Virus record (IMG/VR): IMGVR_UViG_2885360797_000005
Reading direction: 5' to 3' (one strand)
From: a virus
Taxonomy: Duplodnaviria; Caudoviricetes
DNA: 64,000 bases
A program made the translations under genes and the position numbers. Of this stretch, positions 43,980 through 53,366 are shown one piece after another. Within the stretch, counting starts at the first letter, position 1. Every line of letters starts with the position of its first letter. The notes beneath the pieces are model-generated. The model was not told the origin of the DNA. It worked only from the letters and a program-made list of their open reading frames with translations, and made no database searches.

Positions 43980-44225
43980 ATGATGAAGCACAAAGATTTC
44001 ACAGGAATAATCCCGGAGCAGACCTATTCGGTGAGTGAGGCGGCACGATACTTCGGTGTTCACCGCTGTACTGTCTATGCCTATATCAACCATCCCACAA
44101 AACCTTTGCCATTCGTGAGGTTGCCCGATAAAATCAAGACTGTCTTCCGTGGGATTGATTTGATTGCTTACAAAGCAGCCGGTCTCCCGAAGAGAGGACG
44201 CAAACGACAAGGGGACACCCATTGA
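43980..44225 (+). CDS. HTH_17 excisionase-like protein
   Basis: YSVSEAARYFGVHRCTVYAYI. Confidence 0.8.
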   Translation: MMKHKDFTGIIPEQTYSVSEAARYFGVHRCTVYAYINHPTKPLPFVRLPDKIKTVFRGIDLIAYKAAGLPKRGRKRQGDTH

Positions 44226-44249
44226 TAAGCATCCCCGGTAACCTTCCAT

Positions 44250-44630
44250 TCAGTTAAGTCCATTCTTGGTGAATGCTGATCGGAAGGGCTTTTTACCCGA
44301 CAACTCGGACAAGTCGCAAGCCAACAGCCACGCCTTGTTTCTTATATCTTCCATATCCGCTACAGCTTGCAGATACCAGGACGAGTCCATCGCCCCGGAT
44401 TTTATCATCCATTCTTTAGCACACGTGGCGGGATTGATGGCATCCACAAAAGAAACGACCTCATTCGTAAGGCTGCAAATCTTATCATCCTTGACCTCAG
44501 CGGTGAAACTGAAAGGCACACCACTGAGGGTTTTCCGATGGAAGTCATAACAGCGGATGCCGTTCTTTATACTTACAAACACATTCCAGCCATTCTTGGT
44601 TGCAATACCATAGATTTTACTTTCTACCAT
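44250..44630 (-). CDS. Hypothetical protein, paralog of 44650-45024
   Basis: Shares NGW.V, F...T..G..FSF.A..KDD...SL and DME motifs; start revised to 44630. Confidence 0.7.
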   Translation of the reverse strand: MVESKIYGIATKNGWNVFVSIKNGIRCYDFHRKTLSGVPFSFTAEVKDDKICSLTNEVVSFVDAINPATCAKEWMIKSGAMDSSWYLQAVADMEDIRNKAWLLACDLSELSGKKPFRSAFTKNGLN

Positions 44631-44649
44631 TAGTCTCTTCTTTAGTGGT

Positions 44650-45024
44650 TCATTCTTCATCAATTTCTCTGATGGCATCAAGCAAACTTTCAATGTTTCT
44701 CTCTGCCGCCTCCATATCTTCAAGCACATCCCTCATACGATATGGCGCACCATTTGTTCCGTGCCCGTTATCGTCAAGCCATAGATAGGCTTCCGAATCC
44801 ACATCAAAGCCTTCATAGTATTCTTCCATATCAGCCACCAAAGAGTCAAGGCTATCATCCTTCATCCTTGCCGAAAAGGAGAAGTCTTGCCCTGCAGGAG
44901 TGTATTTGGAAAACTCAAAAACGACAATGCCTTTCTCTTGGTCGGTGTCAGAACTCACACTCCATCCGTTGCTTTCGGCACATTCAGTTATCTTATCAAT
45001 GATATTATGCTTGTTCATATTCAT
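44650..45024 (-). CDS. Acidic hypothetical protein (leading-region type)
   Basis: 124 aa, strongly acidic, SPAGQDF-like motif (TPAGQDF). Confidence 0.75.
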   Translation of the reverse strand: MNMNKHNIIDKITECAESNGWSVSSDTDQEKGIVVFEFSKYTPAGQDFSFSARMKDDSLDSLVADMEEYYEGFDVDSEAYLWLDDNGHGTNGAPYRMRDVLEDMEAAERNIESLLDAIREIDEE

Positions 45025-45079
45025 ATATATAATGGTTATGTCAGCCGTAACGGGGTAGCTACGGCTGACGAATTAGTTG

Positions 45080-45448
45080 TTATTCGAGGTTGGCAAGAAA
45101 GCGTTGCAACCTATTGTCCTTCAACTGGCTCAACTTGGTAGGTTGGAAATTCTCCTGTTGCCGGACTTGCAGCTTGCCGAAGCCTTGTGCCGTATAGTCA
45201 AGCTCCACCTCCGAAAGCTCGTTCAGTGAAATGTAGCCGTATTCATCTTCCATCATTCCGATAACGATACCAAAGAGAATGGTGTCCTTTCCATCTGTTT
45301 CTCCTTCAAGAATGTACCACCGGATTGAGCCGAGAGCGAATATCGCGCGACAAACTGCTTCTTTTCCTTTGCCATCCTGGGAATAAAGCGGAAAATCTTT
45401 TAAGGTTTCCGCTAATTGGGGTGTCATTAACCTGCACATCTCAATCAA
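45080..45448 (-). CDS. DUF2958-like protein
   Basis: PLYSQDG, WYILEG, LFGIV.G..EYGYISLNEL. Confidence 0.75.
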   Translation of the reverse strand: MIEMCRLMTPQLAETLKDFPLYSQDGKGKEAVCRAIFALGSIRWYILEGETDGKDTILFGIVIGMMEDEYGYISLNELSEVELDYTAQGFGKLQVRQQENFQPTKLSQLKDNRLQRFLANLE

Positions 45449-45608
45449 ATTCTATTTCGTCCTCATAAACATCTATCTCTGCGCCACTGCTGAACTGCAC
45501 AGTAAAACCTTTTGCAGTCTTGGCTACTATCGTACCACGATGATAACCACGCCATGGGGTTATCAGCTCGCATTGCCGCCCGTATTCCGGAAAATCTTTC
45601 TCGTCCAT
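45441..45608 (-). CDS. Small SH3-like hypothetical protein (55 aa)
   Basis: MDEKDFPEYGRQCELITPWRGYHRGTIV...; starts 1 nt after the upstream stop. Confidence 0.6.
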   Translation of the reverse strand: MDEKDFPEYGRQCELITPWRGYHRGTIVAKTAKGFTVQFSSGAEIDVYEDEIEFD

Positions 45609-45609
45609 A

Positions 45610-45930
45610 TCAACCAACTTTAGGGTTAGTAAATTCGGGGTCATAGATAAGCTCACACTCAACCAAATGTCCGTATGCCTCGGATGCAAGTTTGGATGCC
45701 CACTCGTTCCGTTGGTCATAACATCCTTTTTGATAGTTGTATGCCAACTGGCGCATAAAGCCAAGGAACACCTTGAACATCTGTTGCTGAAGGTAACGGT
45801 GCGCTCTGGTCATTTCTCTGCCTGTCTGGTTGGCTGACACCATAACACCATTCGTAAAGTTCGCAAATTGCTTGGCGAACTCTTTGTCTCTCTCGGAGGT
45901 CATAGCTCCTGATAATTCTTGATAGTCCAT
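45610..45930 (-). CDS. Hypothetical protein, first gene of the leading-region operon
   Basis: HRYLQQ and D.RNEWA motifs; A-rich leader. Confidence 0.7.
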   Translation of the reverse strand: MDYQELSGAMTSERDKEFAKQFANFTNGVMVSANQTGREMTRAHRYLQQQMFKVFLGFMRQLAYNYQKGCYDQRNEWASKLASEAYGHLVECELIYDPEFTNPKVG

Positions 45931-45985
45931 AATCCTTTATATTTTTAAGTCTCAATTCTTTTCCCTTTTGTTTGAAGCCTTTTGG

Positions 45986-46208
45986 CTTCTTGGTCGGGAG
46001 AACCGTTTTTCGTGCGGTAATCCCTGCGGACAACAGGGAGGATTAGGCAAGTGTGAGGTCAGAGAGCGCGACGGAATACCCAAATTTTGGAGGCACGAGA
46101 AAATTTGTGGAAGGCTGCCGGAAAGCCCTCCGACTGAAAGCGAAGCGTCACTTGACGTTCCTCCTGTCCGCAGTACCTTTGCACGGGAAAATGGTCCTGA
46201 CCAAGAAG
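45986..46208 (-). promoter_or_regulatory. Putative Frpo-like single-stranded DNA promoter hairpin
   Basis: Nested complementary arms CTTCTTGGTC/GACCAAGAAG, CGTGC/GCACG, CTGCGGACA/TGTCCGCAG, CAAGTG/CACTTG, CAAATTT/AAATTTG; TACCTTTG only in the 3' arm. Confidence 0.7.
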
Positions 46209-46941
46209 AGCAAAACGAGCAATCGACAATAGAAAAAGATTTTTCCGTAAGGAACGGAACAGACGTTTTCAGATTAGACTACAAAGAAAAACAGTGATTC
46301 TGCTATTGCAAGTGAAACCTGCAACAGAAAAATCACCGACTAATATTCTCAGACTAACAAGTTTTCTAAAAATCCGATGTTGATGTGAAAGCCTTTGAAG
46401 TGGAACTTGTGTAGCCTCAAAGGATTTCTCTTTAACATCGGAATGGAGTTATCCACAAATAGCATGAACCTATCGGCTGAACTTACTTGGTGTAGTATAC
46501 ACGGAGGAAGTTAGACGGGATGTAGAACTGATTCATAGTCAGTTCATAAATAAACTATTTGTAACAAAATTATCATTGGCCTATAATTTTATATTCCTGA
46601 TATTATTGCAATAAGACCAACTGAGATACTTGCCAGTATATAAATCTTCATACATGCAAAGTTATGAATTATCATTCGAATATGACAGCGGAATTTATCT
46701 TAACCTCCTTGAAAAACAGCCCCATCCAGACTTTTATAACGAAATGGGGCAATATAAGCAAAGTTCCAGTAAAAACAAAAGGAATTCCGAAAGAATATTT
46801 GTATCTTTGCAAATGAATGGTAACTGCATTAAAATGACCTAATAGAGAAAATAAAACGATACATTAAACTCCTTTGCTGTCTTTATAGGCTTGGTCAGCC
46901 TTGCAGGGACTGCTAGGAGTTTTTTTTGTTTATTATAGAAT

Positions 46942-48480
46942 ATGGCAAAGAAAAAAACAACGGACATAGTAAAGAAAACCATTGAGCAAACGCTATGGGA
47001 TTCGGCAAATGAGTTGCGAGGTAATCTTGATGCTGCCGAGTATAAAAGTGTGGTGCTTGGACTGGTATTCCTAAAATACATCAACGACTGCTTCAAAGTT
47101 AAGCACGATGAACTTGTGGCTGAAGGCGAAGGCTTTGAGGAAGACCCTGACGAATATATTGGCGATAACATATTCTTTGTTCCTGTCGATGCTCGTTGGG
47201 AAAAGGTTGTCAATGCCTCTCTTACTGCCGAAATCGGAGTTGTCGTTGATGCGGCAATGGAAGCATTGGAGAAAGAGAACAAGCAACTCAAAGGCATTCT
47301 TCCCAAAAACTATGCTCGCCCGGAACTTGATAAACGCCGCTTAGGTAACGTAATTGATATTTTTGAAAACAACCTCCACTTTACAGGTTCGGAAGCTCGT
47401 GATGTGCTTGGACGTGTATATGAATATTTCCTTGGAGAATTTGCCCGTGAAGAAGGCAAGAAAGGTGGTGAGTTCTATACTCCTTCATGTGTTGTTCGCA
47501 CCATAGTCGAAGTTATCCAACCCTACAAAGGAAAAATCTTTGACCCCGCTTGCGGTTCGGGTGGTATGTTTGTGCAGAGTAGTAAGTTTATAGAACGTCA
47601 TCAAGGTAATATCAATAAAATATCCGTCTATGGTCAGGAACTTAACAGCAATACGTGGAAATTAGCGCAAATGAACCTTGCCATTTGTGGAATTGAAGCA
47701 AATTTTGGCGACAGCTTCGGAGATTCTTTTCACGATGACAAACATCCATTTTTGAAAGCGGATTTCGTAATGGCAAATCCACCGTTCAACATTTCCAAAT
47801 GGGGCGGTGACCAATTACGTGATGACCCACGTTGGCAATATGGCATACCGCCGGAGGGAAACGCCAACTTTGCATGGATGCAACACATGTTATATCACCT
47901 GGCAGACAATGGACGCATCGGTTTGGTTCTTGCCAATGGCTCGTTATCCTCACAACAAGGCACAGAAGGGAATATTCGTGAAAACATCGTCAAAGCCGAT
48001 TTGGTGGAAGGTATTATCGCCATGCCATCCCAACTGTTCTATAATGTGCAGATTCCATGCTGCTTATGGTTCTTAACAAAGAGCAAAGCACAACCGGGCA
48101 AGACGCTTTTCATAGATGCTCGTAACATGGGCTATATGAAAGACCGTACACACCGTGAACTCTCTTGTGGGGAAGAAACGGAGGATCATGGCAACGACAT
48201 AGCACGTATCGCTGATACTTTCGAGCAGTTCCGTGCAGGAACGCTTGAAACCGAAAAGGGATTCTCTGCGATTGCCACGATTGAGGATATAGAGAAACAA
48301 GACTTTATCCTCACTCCAGGACGTTACGTTGGAATTGCCGAGGTTGAGGAAGACGGTGAACCTTTCCAAGAAAAGATGGAGCGTCTTACTTCCGAACTTT
48401 CTGATTTGTTCGCACAGTCACACACGCTCGAAGACGAAATACGCAAGCAATTGGCAAAGATTGGTTTTACCGTCAAGTGA
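46942..48480 (+). CDS. hsdM: Type I R-M methyltransferase subunit
   Basis: GEFYTP, DPACGSGG, NPPFN motifs. Confidence 0.95.
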   Translation: MAKKKTTDIVKKTIEQTLWDSANELRGNLDAAEYKSVVLGLVFLKYINDCFKVKHDELVAEGEGFEEDPDEYIGDNIFFVPVDARWEKVVNASLTAEIGVVVDAAMEALEKENKQLKGILPKNYARPELDKRRLGNVIDIFENNLHFTGSEARDVLGRVYEYFLGEFAREEGKKGGEFYTPSCVVRTIVEVIQPYKGKIFDPACGSGGMFVQSSKFIERHQGNINKISVYGQELNSNTWKLAQMNLAICGIEANFGDSFGDSFHDDKHPFLKADFVMANPPFNISKWGGDQLRDDPRWQYGIPPEGNANFAWMQHMLYHLADNGRIGLVLANGSLSSQQGTEGNIRENIVKADLVEGIIAMPSQLFYNVQIPCCLWFLTKSKAQPGKTLFIDARNMGYMKDRTHRELSCGEETEDHGNDIARIADTFEQFRAGTLETEKGFSAIATIEDIEKQDFILTPGRYVGIAEVEEDGEPFQEKMERLTSELSDLFAQSHTLEDEIRKQLAKIGFTVK

Positions 48481-48526
48481 TATGACTTCTACTCTTCGTT
48501 AGGTTCACCATATAATAACGAAGAAT

Positions 48527-49519
48527 ATGAAAGAAAAATTAATTCAAGAAATCAGCACCGCAATGGCAGAAGTGTTAAGTTTTGAACAAGTAGCTCACCT
48601 TAATAGCGTATTGCTTCAAGTCGTAAGCCAATACACTATTACCGAAGATGGCGAGACGCTGCACGAAAATGCAGCGTCTAACGACCGTCTGCTTGACATA
48701 TTCCTGTCTGCAAAACAAGTGGAGGGTTGCACAACTCCGACAATCAAATACTATGGTTCAACCATTCGGCAGTTATTCAAGAAGATGCCTAAAAAGGTCA
48801 CCGACTATACTACAGAGGATATCAGAGCCTACCTTGCTGTATTTCAGCGAAAAAACAAATCAAGCAAAGTTACCATTGATAATATTCGTCGGATATTTTC
48901 TTCGTTCTTTGCTTGGCTTGAAGAGGAGGACTACATCGTCAAAAGCCCTGTCCGCAGAATACATAAGGTGAAAACAGGAACACAGGTCAAGGAGGTGTTG
49001 AGTGATGAGAATATCGAGCAACTCCGTGATAGTTGCACTAAAATCCGTGACCTTGCCATTATCGACTTGTTGGCTTCAACCGGTATGCGTGTTGGTGAAT
49101 TGGTAAAACTCAATCGTGAAGACATTAACTTCACAGAGCGTGAATGTATCGTATTTGGTAAGGGCAACAAGGAACGTATAGTTTACTTCAATGCTCGCGC
49201 AAAGATTCATTTACAACAATACTTGTCTTCTCGCAAAGACCGAAACAAGGCTCTCTTTGTCTCTTTAGCTAAACCGCATAAACGCTTGGAAATTTCGGGC
49301 GTGGAAACTCGTTTGCGTAAAATTGGGCGCACTGCAAAGATTGTACGTGTTCATCCTCACAAGTTCCGCCGTACATTGGCAACAATGGCAATTGACAAAG
49401 GTATGCCTGTGGAACAAGTGCAACGCTTGCTTGGTCATGTCAAGATTGACACTACCATGCACTATGCAATGGTTAATCAAAACAATGTCAAACTCTCACA
49501 CCGTAAATTCATAAATTAA
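48527..49519 (+). CDS. Tyrosine recombinase of the hsdS shuffling locus
   Basis: TGMRVGEL, GKGNKER, HKFRRT, LGH, TTMHY; located between hsdM and the hsdS fragments. Confidence 0.92.
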   Translation: MKEKLIQEISTAMAEVLSFEQVAHLNSVLLQVVSQYTITEDGETLHENAASNDRLLDIFLSAKQVEGCTTPTIKYYGSTIRQLFKKMPKKVTDYTTEDIRAYLAVFQRKNKSSKVTIDNIRRIFSSFFAWLEEEDYIVKSPVRRIHKVKTGTQVKEVLSDENIEQLRDSCTKIRDLAIIDLLASTGMRVGELVKLNREDINFTERECIVFGKGNKERIVYFNARAKIHLQQYLSSRKDRNKALFVSLAKPHKRLEISGVETRLRKIGRTAKIVRVHPHKFRRTLATMAIDKGMPVEQVQRLLGHVKIDTTMHYAMVNQNNVKLSHRKFIN

Positions 49520-49576
49520 CATGTGGTATTGTTCGACATATAACAGTAGCTCATCTTTCCTCAAAAATAAACAAGG

Positions 49577-50165
49577 AAATGATAATTTAGAGCAGCAGGC
49601 GCAAGCGTTGTTCAAGTCTTGGTTTATTGAAAATGCCATATATTCAGGGGATAAAATAGCGGATTATTTTATGCCAATTAGAGGTAAAAATCTGCTAACA
49701 TCAGAAGCTACGGGTGGTAACGTTCCTGTAGTTGCAGGAGGCCTAAATCCTTCAGCTTATCATAATACAGCAAACACAGATGCTCCTGTAATCACAATAT
49801 CCGCTTCTGGTGCGAATGCTGGTTTCGTAAATCTTTGGGGAATTCCCGTATGGTCTGCTGATTCATCATATATAGATAGTTCCGTAACACCTTATGTGTA
49901 TTTTTGGTATAATCTATTGAAATATAAGCAAAAGAATATATTTGAGGCACAAACTGGTTCTGCACAACCCCACATTTATCCTAAGCATATTGGAGATATT
50001 GAAATTCCAAACTTAGATTTATCTCAAATACAGCTATACAATAATGTCGTTTCAACTTATTACCATAAGATTGATGAGAACAATACAGAAAACTGTCGTT
50101 TGGCTACATTAAGAGATACACTTCTCCCAAAACTTATGGCAGGGAATATAAGTCTTGATTATTAA
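49577..50165 (+). CDS. hsdS: Silent hsdS C-terminal half (TRD cassette)
   Basis: NDNLEQQAQALFKSWF conserved spacer, one TRD (GSAQPHI), LATLRDTLLPKLM end; lacks the N-terminal half. Confidence 0.85.
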
Positions 50166-50183
50166 TCATTTAGGCAAAACAAT

Positions 50184-50435
50184 ATGATTGAAAAGATAAT
50201 AAATAGGAATATAGGAAAGAGTCAAAAATGTAGGGTGAAATATGGAAACAACTCTGAATTTGATCTTTTGATTGTCAACATCAATGATGGCGAAAGGGTA
50301 CGCAAGTTCTCAATAGAAGCAAAACATCTTTCCTCTGAGAAAGATTCTATTTATTTCTATCCTGAGACAAAGAACGATGTGGTTACAATAAGATGGAATC
50401 ATGAGATTGAAAACTACATAAACGAAGTACAATAG
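50184..50435 (+). CDS. Hypothetical protein (83 aa)
   Basis: AT-rich ORF with A-rich leader inside the hsdS locus. Confidence 0.6.
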   Translation: MIEKIINRNIGKSQKCRVKYGNNSEFDLLIVNINDGERVRKFSIEAKHLSSEKDSIYFYPETKNDVVTIRWNHEIENYINEVQ

Positions 50436-50472
50436 GCTACGAACATTTGTAGTCAAACTACTATATTATGTT

Positions 50473-51561
50473 ATGAATGACTTTGAAGAATATATAAGAC
50501 AAGGTGAGCCTCAAAAAAGAGAAAAAGGCTATGCTTGGCAAACAGCCATCGGATTGCAGGCGGTGGATGCCTTGAAGCCCTCGGAATATCTGATACAAAC
50601 GGCACGTCAGCATATTGAGGGCGATATAACTATCGAAGAAGCCAAACAGCTTATAGATAGTTATTATCAATCAAAGACCGTTAGAGCAGACATCGAAGAC
50701 AGAACAGAAGAAGCCGATAAGGTTTCAGCACGTATTGCCGAAATATTATCGGAGAAGACGTTTACATTTTCGCCCGTTGAGTATATCACCATTCATCGCC
50801 GCCTGTTCCAAGGCATCTATAAATTTGCAGGAAAGGTCAGGGATTACAATATCACCAAAAAGGAATGGGTGCTGAAAGGCGAAACTGTACTTTATGCCAG
50901 TGCCGACAGTATACGTGAAACGCTTGATTTCGATTTCATGCAGGAAAAGAATTTTAGCTATAAGGATTTGAACATCAATGATGCTATCACACACATCGCT
51001 AAGTTTATTTCCGGAGTTTGGCAGATTCACGCTTTCGGTGAGGGAAATACCCGTACAACGGCAGTGTTTACAATCAAATACCTGCGCACGTTTGGCTTCG
51101 ACATCAGCAATGAAGCGTTTGCCAATCACTCTTGGTATTTTCGTAACGCTTTGGTTCGAGCAAATTATAACAACTTGAGCAAAGGTATTTACGCTACCAC
51201 CGAATATATCGAAGCGTTCTTTAGAAACCTTATTCTTTCCGAGCATAACGAACTAAAGAACCGAGCAATGCTTGTGCAAGAACTTTCTGCCCAAGACATT
51301 CAAAGTGCAAACACGATAAAAGAAGTCTCTCCAAAGTGCAATATTTGCACTTTAAATTGCACTTTAGAAGAAATTGCCGTACTGAACTTCTTGCGAGAAC
51401 AGCCTAAAGCCACGCAAAAAGAAATTGCAGCGCATATAGGCAAATCTGAGAGAACAGTGAAGACCATTACCGTAAATTTGACCGAAAAAGGTATCATAGA
51501 GCGCAAAAATGGTAAAAGAAATGGCTTTTGGGAGATTATAACGAATGATTTAAACAGCTAA
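50473..51561 (+). CDS. Fic-domain protein with N-terminal antitoxin-like helix and C-terminal HTH
   Basis: HAFGEGNTRT Fic motif; TAIGLQAVD N-terminus; TQKEIAAHIGKSERTV HTH. Confidence 0.9.
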   Translation: MNDFEEYIRQGEPQKREKGYAWQTAIGLQAVDALKPSEYLIQTARQHIEGDITIEEAKQLIDSYYQSKTVRADIEDRTEEADKVSARIAEILSEKTFTFSPVEYITIHRRLFQGIYKFAGKVRDYNITKKEWVLKGETVLYASADSIRETLDFDFMQEKNFSYKDLNINDAITHIAKFISGVWQIHAFGEGNTRTTAVFTIKYLRTFGFDISNEAFANHSWYFRNALVRANYNNLSKGIYATTEYIEAFFRNLILSEHNELKNRAMLVQELSAQDIQSANTIKEVSPKCNICTLNCTLEEIAVLNFLREQPKATQKEIAAHIGKSERTVKTITVNLTEKGIIERKNGKRNGFWEIITNDLNS

Positions 51562-51571
51562 ATTCTCATTT

Positions 51572-52774
51572 ATGGAACAGTGGAAAGAATATCAATTAAA
51601 GGATGTAACCACCATTTTAGGTGATGGTTTACATGGAACTCCAGAATATGACGAAAATGGAACTGTGTTTTTCATCAATGGTAATAATCTTGTTGATGGG
51701 AAAATTGAGATAAAAGATTCAACAAAGCGTGTTTCAGAAGAAGAAGCTAATAAGTATAGGAAAAATCTAACCCAGCGAACTATATTCGTTTCTATCAATG
51801 GAACAATCGGCAATGTTGCAAAATATAAAGGAGAAGCATGTATTTTGGGCAAAAGTGCTTGTTACTTTAATGTGGCTGAAAATTTCGACTTGAATTTTAT
51901 ATATTATGTTGTAGCCTCGCAACAATTTAAAGATGCAATAACACGTTTAGCTACAGGTACTACAATTAAAAATGTATCATTGGAAACAATGAGGAATTAT
52001 TCATTTATGGCACCAAGCATAAATGAACAAAAACGCATCTCGTCTATCCTTTCTTCTCTCGACTCTAAAATTGAGCTGAACCGCCGGATAAATGATAATT
52101 TAGAGCAGCAGGCACAAGCGTTGTTCAAGGCTTGGTTCGTGGAATTTGAACCATTTGGAGGCACAATGCCAAGCAATTGGGAGATTTGCGAAGCTCAAAA
52201 ATACTTCAATATAAATATAGGGAAAACTCCTCCACGGAATGAAATGCGATGGTTTAGCCAAAAATCAACAGATTGTAAATGGGCCTCTATTTCAGATCTT
52301 GGCAAATGTGGACTTTTCATTAACGATACGTCTGAATATCTGACTAAGGATGCGGTAGAAACTTTTAATATAATCGTTGTGCCAAAAGGTACTATCTTGT
52401 TAAGTTTCAAACTCACGCTTGGACGAGTTTCAATAACAACTTGTCCACTTACAACAAATGAAGCTATTGCTCGATTCTTGATTAATCACGATTATGAACG
52501 AGAGTATTTGTATTTGCTTCTAAAGCAATTCGATTATACGTCTCTGGGTAATACATCATCTATTGCTACTGCTGTTAATTCTAAAATAATAAGAAGTATG
52601 CCGATAATGATGCCAACAGTTGATGTTCTACAGCGATTCCATCATATTGTTAGTCCTATTTTTACAAGAATGCGTTTTTTGTCGGATGAAATAATGCAGC
52701 TTACAGATACTCGTAACACAGTTCTCCCACAACTGATGTCGGGCGGGCTAAAAATTAACAATTTAAACTGCTAA
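51572..52774 (+). CDS. hsdS: Complete Type I specificity subunit (two TRDs)
   Basis: TRD1, LDSKIELNRRINDNLEQQAQALF spacer, TRD2, RNTVLPQLMSG. Confidence 0.92.
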   Translation: MEQWKEYQLKDVTTILGDGLHGTPEYDENGTVFFINGNNLVDGKIEIKDSTKRVSEEEANKYRKNLTQRTIFVSINGTIGNVAKYKGEACILGKSACYFNVAENFDLNFIYYVVASQQFKDAITRLATGTTIKNVSLETMRNYSFMAPSINEQKRISSILSSLDSKIELNRRINDNLEQQAQALFKAWFVEFEPFGGTMPSNWEICEAQKYFNINIGKTPPRNEMRWFSQKSTDCKWASISDLGKCGLFINDTSEYLTKDAVETFNIIVVPKGTILLSFKLTLGRVSITTCPLTTNEAIARFLINHDYEREYLYLLLKQFDYTSLGNTSSIATAVNSKIIRSMPIMMPTVDVLQRFHHIVSPIFTRMRFLSDEIMQLTDTRNTVLPQLMSGGLKINNLNC

Positions 52775-52784
52775 ATTCTCATTT

Positions 52785-53366
52785 ATGGAACAGTGGAAAG
52801 AATATAAAATATCTGAAATAATAGAAGAAATCGCAATGGGGCCTTTTGGCTCAAATATCAAAGTCGATAACTTTATTGACTCTGGTATTCCTGTCCTTAA
52901 TGGCTCAAATTTGCAGGGTATCAAATTAAATGAGGATTCGTTTAACTACGTTTCTGAAGAAAAAGCGGATACTCTTGGTAGAGCTAATGCCTTCAGGGGA
53001 GATGTTGTTATTACCCATAGAGGTACATTGGGGCAAATAGTGTATATACCTCTTGATTCGAAGTATGAAAGATATGTTATATCGCAAAGTCAATTTAGAT
53101 TGAAACTCAATAAGGATATTATAAGACCGGATTTCTTTGTATATTTTTTTCACACACGTTTGGGGCAGCATAGATTGTTGGTGAATGCTTCTCAAGTGGG
53201 AGTACCTGCATTAGCAAGGCCAACTTCCACCTTTAAGGAAGTATTTATTCCCGTCCCACCAATGGAAATGCAAAATAAAGTAATGGGCGTACTCCATTCT
53301 ATCGACTCAAAAATCGAGCTGAACCGCCGTATAAATGATAATTTAATTCCAACCTATTATGCCTAA
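52785..53366 (+). CDS. hsdS: hsdS N-terminal half (TRD cassette)
   Basis: MEQWKEY start identical to the full hsdS; GPFGS TRD; homology stops at INDNL. Confidence 0.88.
   Translation: MEQWKEYKISEIIEEIAMGPFGSNIKVDNFIDSGIPVLNGSNLQGIKLNEDSFNYVSEEKADTLGRANAFRGDVVITHRGTLGQIVYIPLDSKYERYVISQSQFRLKLNKDIIRPDFFVYFFHTRLGQHRLLVNASQVGVPALARPTSTFKEVFIPVPPMEMQNKVMGVLHSIDSKIELNRRINDNLIPTYYA

Larger units (their letters stand above)
49577..53345 (+). repeat. Direct repeats of the hsdS locus
   Basis: Core AAATGATAATTTA at 49577, 52090 and 53333; second 45-bp repeat (1 mismatch) at 51548-51592 and 52761-52805. Confidence 0.9.

Noticed and set aside
45968-46297. 109-aa ORF across the hairpin
   Set aside because: Non-ATG start and no motifs; the region is better explained as a structured promoter
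48527-49519. Second integrase as an element boundary
   Set aside because: Sits within the hsd operon beside TRD repeats, consistent with a shufflon recombinase
49521-49576. Annotated start MWYCSTY of the hsdS fragment
   Set aside because: Not homologous to HsdS; homology begins at the recombination core
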